Shown in pieces: positions 55,694 to 64,000 of a stretch of DNA of 64,000 nucleotides. The notes below the pieces were generated by a model that was given only the letters and a program-made list of their open reading frames with translations, was not told the DNA's origin and searched no databases. The position numbers and the translations under genes were made by a program. Every line of letters starts with the position of its first letter. Position 1 is the stretch's first letter. Source of the DNA: the human T2T-CHM13v2.0 reference genome, Homo sapiens; NCBI RefSeq assembly GCF_009914755.1, contig NC_060945.1. One strand, 5' to 3'.

Positions 55694-58600
55694 TTAAACG
55701 AGGTGATTTAACTCTTGTCTAGGCTGTGCCCACAGGGGGATTGAGACATATCTCTGCACTGATCCCGAGGTGATCCAACTCTTGCCTGGTCTCTGCCTAC
55801 TGGGGACATTGTGACATATCTCTGCACTGATCTCCCAGGTGCTGTAAATTTTGTCTAGGCTCTGGCTACACGGCATTGTGACTTATCACTGCACTGATCA
55901 CCCAGGCGATACAACTCTTGTCTAGGCTCTGCCTACAATGGTCTTGTGACATATCTCTGCACTGATCACCCAGGTGATATAACTCTTCTCTAGGATCTGA
56001 CCACGGGGTGCTTTGTGACATATCCCTGCAATGATCACCCAGGTGATATACCACTTGCCAAGGCTCTGCTTACAGGGGCATTGCAATGTATCTCTGCACT
56101 GATCACCTAGGTCTTGTAGCTATTTTCTAGCATCTGCCTACAGGGTGCTTTGTGACGGGTCCCAGCAAGGATTACCCAGGTGATGTACCTCTCATCAAGG
56201 CTCTGCCTACAGGCACATTGCGATATATCTCTGCACTGATCACCTAGGTCATGTAACTTTTGTCTAGGCTCTACCTACGATGGTATTGTGACATATCTCT
56301 GCACCAATCATCCAAGTGATGTAACACTTGTCTAGGATGTGCCTAAATTACCTTTTTGACATAACCCTGTACTGATCATCCAGGTGATGGGGCTTTTGTC
56401 TAGGCTCTGCCTAAGGGGGCATTGTGACATATTTCTGCATTGATCACCCAGGTGGCGAACTCTTCTCTCGGATCTGCCTATGGGGGCATTGTGAGAAATC
56501 TCTGCACTGATCACCCAGGTGATGTAACTGTTGTGTAACCTCTGCCTACAGGGGAATTGTGAGAGAACTCGCCACTGATTACCCAAGTGATGTAATCATT
56601 GTCTAGGCTTTGCGTACAGGGGTCTTTGTGACATACCTTTGCACTGATCACCCAGGTGATGTAACACATCTAAGTTCGGCCTAAAGGAGCTTTGTGACAC
56701 ATCTCTGCACTGATCACTTAGGTGATGTAACACTTTTATAATCACTGCCTACAGGGAATTTTGACAAATCTCTGCACTGATCACCTAGGTGATGTAACTC
56801 TTGTCTACCCTCTCTCCAACGGGGCATTGTGAAATATCTCAGCACTGAACACCCAGGTGATTCAACTCTTGACTAGGAACTGCCTACAGAGGTTATTGTG
56901 AAATATCTCTGCACTGATAAACTAGGTGGTGTAACCCTTGTCCAAGCTCTGCCTACAGGGGCGTTTCCACATATCCCTGAACTGATGACAAAGGTGATGT
57001 AACTCTTGCCTAGGCTTTGCCTACAGGGGCATTGGACATATATCTGCACTGATCACCCAGGTGATGCAACTGTTGCCTAGGCTTTGCCTACAGGGGACAC
57101 TGTGACATATCTCTTCAATGATCACTTATGTGATGCATCTCTTGCCTAGGCTTTGCCTACAGGGGACATTGTGACATATCTCTGCACTGATCTCCCTGGT
57201 ACTGTAACTTTAGTCTAGGCTCTGTCTACACGGCATTGTGACATATCACTGCACTGATCAACCAGGTGATATAACTCTTGTATAGGCTCTGCCTACAGGG
57301 GGATTGTGACCTACCTCTGCACTGATCACCCAGGTGATATAACTCTTCTCTAGGATCTGCCTACAGGGTGCTTTGTGTCATATCCCTGCACTGATCACCC
57401 AGGTGACCTAACTCTGGTCTAAGCTCTGCCTAAAGGGGCATTGTGACAGATCTCTGCACTGATCACTCAGGTGATGTAACTATTGTCTAGGCTCTGCTTA
57501 AAGGGGCCTAGTCACATATCCCTGCACTGATCACCCAGGTGATGTAACTCTTGTCTAGGCTCTGCTTCCAGGGAATATTGTGACATAACTATGCACTGAT
57601 CACCTCAGTGATGTAACACTTGTGTAGGCACGGCCTACAGAGGAATCTTGACATATCTCTGCACTGTTAAACGAGGTGATTTAACTCTTGTCTAGGCTCT
57701 GCCCACAGGGGGATTGAGACATATCTCTGCACTGATTCCGAGGTGATCCAACTCTTGCCTGGTCTCTGCCTACTGGGGACATTGTGACATATCTCTGCAC
57801 TGATCTCCCAGGTGCTGTAAATTTTGTCTAGGCTCTGGCTACACGGCATTGTGACTTATCACTGCACTGATCACCCAGGCGATACAACTCTTGTCTAGGC
57901 TCTGCCTACAATGGTCTTGTGACATATCTCTGCACTGATCACCCAGGTGATATAACTCTTCTCTAGGATCTGACCACGGGGTGCTTTGTGACATATCCCT
58001 GCAATGATCACCCAGGTGATATACCACTTGCCAAGGCTCTGCTTACAGGGGCATTGCAATGTATCTCTGCACTGATCACCTAGGTCTTGTAGCTATTTTC
58101 TAGGATCTGCCTACAGGGTGCTTTGTGACGGGTCCCAGCAAGGATTACCCAGGTGATGTACCTCTCATCAAGGTTCTGCCTACAGGCACATTGCGGTATA
58201 TCTCTGCACTGATCACCTAGGTCACGTAACTTTTGTCTAGGCTCTACCTCCGATGGTATTGTGACATATCTCTGCACTAATCATCCAAGTGATGTAACAC
58301 TTGTCTAGGATGTGCCTAAATTAACTTTTTGACATAACCCTGTACTGATCATCCAGGTGCTGGGGCTTTTGTCTAGGCTCTGCCTAAGGGGGCATTGTGA
58401 CATATTTCTGCATTGATCACCCAGGTGGCGAACTCTTCTCTCGGATCTGCCTATGGGGGCATTGTGAGAAATCTCTGCACTGATCACCCAGGTGATGTAA
58501 CTGTCGTGTAACCTCTGCCTACAGGGGAATTGTGAGAGATCTCCCCACTGATTACCCAAGTGATGTAACCATTGTCTAGGCTTTGCGTACAGGGGGCTTT

Positions 58601-61600
58601 GTGACATACCTTTGCACTGATCAACCAGGTGATGTAACACATCTAAGTTCGGCCTAAAGGAGCTTTGTGACATATCTCTGCACTGATCACTTAGGTGATG
58701 TAACACTTTTATAATCACTGCCTACAGGGAATTTTGACAAATCTCTGCACTGATCACCTAGGTGATGTAACTCTTGTCTACCCTCTGTCCAACGGGGCAT
58801 TGTGAAATATCTCAGCACTGAACACCCAGGTGATTCAACTCTTGATTAGGAACTGCCTACAGAGGTTATTGTGAAATATCTCTGCACTGATAAACTAGGT
58901 GGTGTAACCCTTGTCCAAGCTCTGCCTACAGGGGCGTTTCCACATATCCCTGAACTGATGACAAAGGTGATGTAACTCTTGCCTAGGCTTTGCCTACAGG
59001 GGCATTGGACATATATCTGCACTGATCACCCAGCTGATGCAACTCTTGCCTAGGCTTTGCCTACAGGGGACACTGTGACATATCTCTTCAATGATCACTC
59101 ATGTGATGCATCTCTTGCCTAGGCTTTGCCAACAGGGGACATTGTGACATATCTCTGCACTGATCTCCCTGGTACTGTAACTTTAGTCTAGGCTCTGTCT
59201 ACACGGCATTGTGACATATCACTGCACTGATCAACCAGGTGATATAACTCTTGTATAGGCTCTGCCTACAGGGGGATTGTGACCTACCTCTGCACTGATC
59301 ACCCAGGTGATATAACTCTTCTCTAGGATCTGCCTACAGGGTGCTTTGTGTCATATCCCTGCACTGATCACCCAGGTGACCTAACTCTGGTCTAAGCTCT
59401 GGCTAAAGGGGCATTGTGACAGATCTCTGCACTGATCACTCAGGTGATGTAACTATTGTCTAGGCTCTGCTTAAAGGGGCCTAGTCACATATCCCTGCAC
59501 TGATCACCCAGGTGATGTAACTCTTGTCTAGGCTCTGCTTCCAGGGAATATTGTGACATAACTATGCACTGATCACCTCAGTGATGTAACACTTGTGTAG
59601 GCTCGGCCTACAGAGGAATCTTGACATATCTCTGCACTGTTAAACGAGGTGATTTAACTCTTGTCTAGGCTGTGCCCACAGGGGGATTGAGACATATCTC
59701 TGCACTGATTCCGAGGTGATCCAACTCTTGCCTGGTCTCTGCCTACTGGGGACATTGTGACATATCTCTGCACTGATCTCCCAGGTGCTGTAAATTTTGT
59801 CTAGGCTCTGGCTACACGGCATTGTGACTTATCACTGCACTGATCACCCAGGCGATACAACTCTTGTCTAGGCTCTGCCTACAATGGTCTTGTGACATAT
59901 CTCTGCACTGATCACCCAGGTGATATAACTCTTCTCTAGGATCTGACCACGGGGTGCTTTGTGACATATCCCTGCAATGATCACCCAGGTGATATACCAC
60001 TTGCCAAGGCTCTGCTTACAGGGGCATTGCAATGTATCTCTGCACTGATCACCTAGGTCTTGTAGCTATTTTCTAGGATCTGCCTACAGGGTGCTTTGTG
60101 ACGGGTCCCAGCAAGGATTACCCAGGTGATGTACCTCTCATCAAGGTTCTGCCTACAGGCACATTGCGATATATCTCTGCACTGATCACCTAGGTCACGT
60201 AACTTTTGTCTAGGCTCTACCTCCGATGGTATTGTGACATATCTCTGCACTAATCATCCAAGTGATGTAACACTTGTCTAGGATGTGCCTAAATTAACTT
60301 TTTGACATAACCCTGTACTGATCATCCAGGTGATGGGGCTTTTGTCTAGGCTCTGCCTAAGGGGGCATTGTGACATATTTCTGCATTGATCACCCAGGTG
60401 GCGAACTCTTCTCTCGGATCTGCCTATGGGGGCATTGTGAGAAATCTCTGCACTGATCACCCAGGTGATGTAACTGTTGTGTAACCTTTGCCTACAGGGG
60501 AATTGTGAGAGATCTCCCCACTGATTACCCAAGTGATGTAACCATTGTCTAGGCTTTGCGTACAGGGGGCTTTGTGACATACCTTTGCACTGATCAACCA
60601 GGTGATGTAACACATCTAAGTTCGGCCTAAAGGAGCTTTGTGACACATCTCTGCACTGATCACTTAGGTGATGTAACACTTTTATAATCACTGCCTACAG
60701 GGAATTTTGACAAATCTCTGCACTGATCACCTAGGTGATGTAACTCTTGTCTACCCTCTGTCCAATGGGGCATTGTGAAATATCTCAGCACTGAACACCC
60801 AGGTGATTCAACTCTTGATTAGGAACTGCCTACAGAGGTTATTGTGAAATATCTCTGCACTGATCAACTAGGTGGTGTAACCCTTGTCCAAGCTCTGCCT
60901 ACAGGGGCGTTTCCACATATCCCTGAACTGATGACAAAGGTGATGTAACTCTTGCCTAGGCTTTGCCTACAGGGGCATTGGACATATATCTGCACTGATC
61001 ACCCAGGTGATGCAACTCTTGCCTAGGCTTTGCCTACAGGGGACACTGTGACATATCTCTTCAATGATCACTCATGTGATGCATCTCTTGCCTAGGCTTT
61101 GCCAACAGGGGACATTGTGACATATCTCTGCACTGATCTCCCTGGTACTGTAACTTTAGTCTAGGCTCTGGCTACACGGCATTGTGATATATCACTGCAC
61201 TGATCAACCAGGTGATATAACTCTTGTATAGGCTCTGCCTACAGGGGGCTTGTGACCTACCTCTGCACTGATCACCCAGGTGATATAACTCTCCTCTAGG
61301 ATCTGCCTACAGGGTGCTTTGGGACATATCCCTGCACTGATCACCCAGGTGACCTAACTCTGGTCTAAGCTCTGCCTAAAGGGGCATTGTGACAGATCTC
61401 TGCACTGATCACTCAGGTGATGTAACTATTGTCTAGGCTCTGCTTAAAGGGGCCTTGTCACATATCCCTGCACTGATCACCCAGGTGATGTAACTCTTGT
61501 CTAGGCTCTGCTTCCAGGGAATATTGTGACATAACTATGCACTGATCACCTCAGTGATGTAACACTTGTGTAGGCTCGGCCTACAGAGGAATCTTGACAT

Positions 61601-64000
61601 ATCTCTGCACTGTTAAACGAGGTGATTTAACTCTTGTCTAGGCTGTGCCCACAGGGGGATTGAGACATATCTCTGCACTGATCCCGAGTTGATCCAACTC
61701 TTGCCTGGTCTCTGCCTACTGGGGACATTGTGACATATCTCTGCACTGATCTCCCAGGTGCTGTAAATTTTGTCTAGGCTCTGGCTACACGGCATTGTGA
61801 CTTATCACTGCACTGATCACCCAGGCGATACAACTCTTGTCTAGGCTCTGCCTACAATGGTCTTGTGACATATCTCTGCACTGATCACCCAGGTGATATA
61901 ACTCTTCTCTAGGATCTGACCACGGGGTGCTTTGTGACTTATCCCTGCAATGATCACCCATGTGATATACCACTTGCCAAGGCTCTGCTTACAGGGGCAT
62001 TGCAATGTATCTCTGCACTGATCACCTAGGTCTTGTAGCTATTTTCTAGGATCTGCCTACAGGGTGCTTTGTGACGGTTCCCAGCAAGGATTACCCAGGT
62101 GATGTACCCCTCATCAAGGCTCTGCCTACAGGCACATTGCGATATATCTCTGCACTGATCACCTAGGTCACGTAACTTTTGTCTAGGCTCTACCTACGAT
62201 GGTATTGTGACATATCTCTGCACTAATCATCCAAGTGATGTAACACTTGTCTAGGATGTGCCTAAATTAACTTTTTGACATAACCCTGTACTGATCATCC
62301 AGGTGATGGGGATTTTGTCTAGGCTCTGCCTAAGGGGGCATTGTGACATATTTCTGCATTGATCACCCAGGTGGCGAACTCTTCTCTCGGATCTGCCTAT
62401 GGGGGCATTGTGAGAAATCTCTGCACTGATCACCCAGGTGATGTAACTGTTGTGCAACCTCTGCCTACAGGGGAATTGTGAGAGATCTCCCCACTGATTA
62501 CCCAAGTGATGTAACCATTGTCTACGCTTTGCGTACAGGGGGCTTTGTGACATACCTTTGCACTGATCAACCAGGTGATGTAACACATCTAAGTTCGGCC
62601 TAAAGGAGCTTTGTGACACATCTCTGCAGTGATCACTTAGGTGATGTAACACTTTTATAATCACTGCCTACAGGGAATTTTGACAAATCTCTGCACTGAT
62701 CACCTAGGTGATGTAACTCTAGTCTACCCTCTGTCCAACGGGGCATTGTGAAATATCTCAGGTCTGAACACCCAGGTGATTCAACTCTTGACTAGAAACT
62801 GCCTACAGAGGTTATTGTGAAATAACTCTGCACTGATAAACTAGGTGGTGTAACCCTTGTCCAAGCTCTGCCTACAGGGGCGTTTCCACATATCCCTGAA
62901 CTGATGACAAAGGTGATGTAACTCTTGCCTAGGCTTTGCCTACAGGGGCATTGGACATGTATCTCCACTGATCACCCAGGTGATGCAACTCTTGCCTAGG
63001 CTTTGCCTACAGGGGACACTGTGACATATCTCTTCAATGATCACTCATGTGATGCATCTCTTGCCTAGGCTTTGCCAACAGGGGACATTGTGACATATCT
63101 CTGCACTGATCTCCCTGGTACTGTAACTTTAGTCTAGGCTCTGGCTACACGGCAATGTGACATATCACTGCACTGATCAACCAGGTGATATAACTCTTGT
63201 ATAGGTTCCGCCTACAGGGGGCTTGTGACCTACCTCTGCACTGATCACCCAGGTGATATAACTCTTCTCTAGGATCTGCCTACAGGGTGCTTTGTGACAT
63301 ATCCCTGCACTGATCACCCAGGTGACCTAACTCTGGTCTAAGCTCTGCCTAAAGGGGCATTGTGACAGATCTCTGCACTGATCACTCAGGTGATGTAAGT
63401 ATTGTCTAGGCTCTGCTTAAAGGGGACTTGTCACATATCCCTGCACTGATCACCCAGGTGATGTAACTCTTGTCTAGGCTCTGCTTCCAGGGCATATTGT
63501 GACATAACTATGCACTGATCACCTTAGTGATTTAACACTTGTGTAGGCTCGGCCTACAGAGGAATCTTGACATATCTCTGCACTGTTAAACGAGGTGATT
63601 TAACTCTTGTCTAGGCTGTGCCCACAGGGGGATTGAGACATATCTCTGCACTGATTCCGAGGTGATCCAACTCTTGCCTGGTCTCTGCCTACTGGGGACA
63701 TTGTGACATATCTCTGCACTGATCTCCCAGGTGATGTAAATTTTGTCTAGGCTCTGGCTACACGGCATTGTGACTTATCACTGCACTGATCACCCAGGCG
63801 ATACAACTCTTGTCTAGGCTCTGCCTACAATGGTCTTGTGACATATCTCTGCACTGATCACCCAGGTGATATAACTCTTCTCTAGGATCTGACCACGGGG
63901 TGCTTTGTGACATATCCCTGCAATGATCACCCAGGTGATATACCACTTGCCAAGGCTCTGCTTACAGGGGCATTGCAATGTATCTCTGCACTGATCACCT

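Larger units (their letters stand above)
1..64000. repeat. Beta satellite (68-bp Sau3A / BSR-Beta) tandem array, ~940 head-to-tail monomers, running off both window ends
   Basis: The core CTCTGCACTGATCACCCAGGTGATGTAACTCTTGTCTAGGCTCTGCCTACAGGGG recurs every 67-69 bp, with a GATC (Sau3AI) site in most monomers. The family was recognised from the known beta-satellite consensus, not from a database search. Confidence 0.97.

Noticed and set aside
385-63946. Recurrent minus-strand ORFs of 60, 62 and ~137 aa rich in His/Cys (HHLGDQCRD repeats), superficially like a repeated operon or metal-binding proteins
   Set aside because: They are translations of the 68-bp monomer in rotating frames. Length is not a multiple of 3, stops and start losses occur freely (U5, U8, U22, U27, U29), and no domain is recognisable. 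The strand bias reflects the many TGA/TAG/TAA triplets on the plus strand of the monomer.
1-64000. CRISPR-like pattern: a partly palindromic conserved core alternating with variable segments at ~68-bp period
   Set aside because: The apparent spacers are homologous to each other and recur every 29 monomers. The core is degenerate, and there is no leader or cas gene.
1-64000. Alpha satellite, CENP-B boxes or an active centromere
   Set aside because: The period is 68 bp rather than 171 bp, there is no alphoid sequence, and no CENP-B box was noticed.
1-64000. D4Z4/DUX4-like, LSAU, rDNA, Alu or L1 sequence, which often neighbour beta satellite
   Set aside because: Every anchor spacing is explained by whole-monomer changes or 1-bp indels, leaving no room for an insertion. 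No CpG-rich or poly(A) tract was seen.
1-64000. tRNA- or ncRNA-like array suggested by the 68-nt unit and hairpins
   Set aside because: There is no cloverleaf, no Pol III A/B box or terminator pattern, and the stems are only 5-7 bp.

Overview
The whole 64 kb window is one uninterrupted, single-orientation tandem array of ~68-bp monomers matching human/great-ape beta satellite (Sau3A 68-bp, BSR/Beta). Approximate consensus: AACTCTTGTCTAGGCTCTGCCTACAGGGGCATTGTGACATATCTCTGCACTGATCACCCAGGTGATGT. About 940 monomers form about 32.5 copies of a 1,973-bp (29-monomer) higher-order repeat (HOR). That size fits the ~2.0-kb beta-satellite HOR described for acrocentric short arms, but the chromosome cannot be assigned from this sequence. 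I see no credible gene, RNA gene, CRISPR array or transposon, and all listed ORFs are repeat artefacts. I found no evidence for a new protein-coding system. The interest is structural: five 28-mer units from three distinct deletions, one 35-mer whose extra copy comes from a different haplotype, 2- and 3-HOR super-periods, an old 4-monomer duplication inside the HOR, and two dyads per monomer. Units U1-U33 are numbered from the once-per-HOR motif TTAAACGAGG at 385, 2290, 4195, 6168, 8141, 10114, 12019, 13992, 15965, 17938, 19911, 21883, 23856, 25828, 27801, 29774, 31747, 33719, 35692, 37665, 39638, 41611, 43584, 45557, 47461, 49366, 51339, 53312, 55694, 57667, 59640, 61613 and 63586. All comparisons were made by eye.
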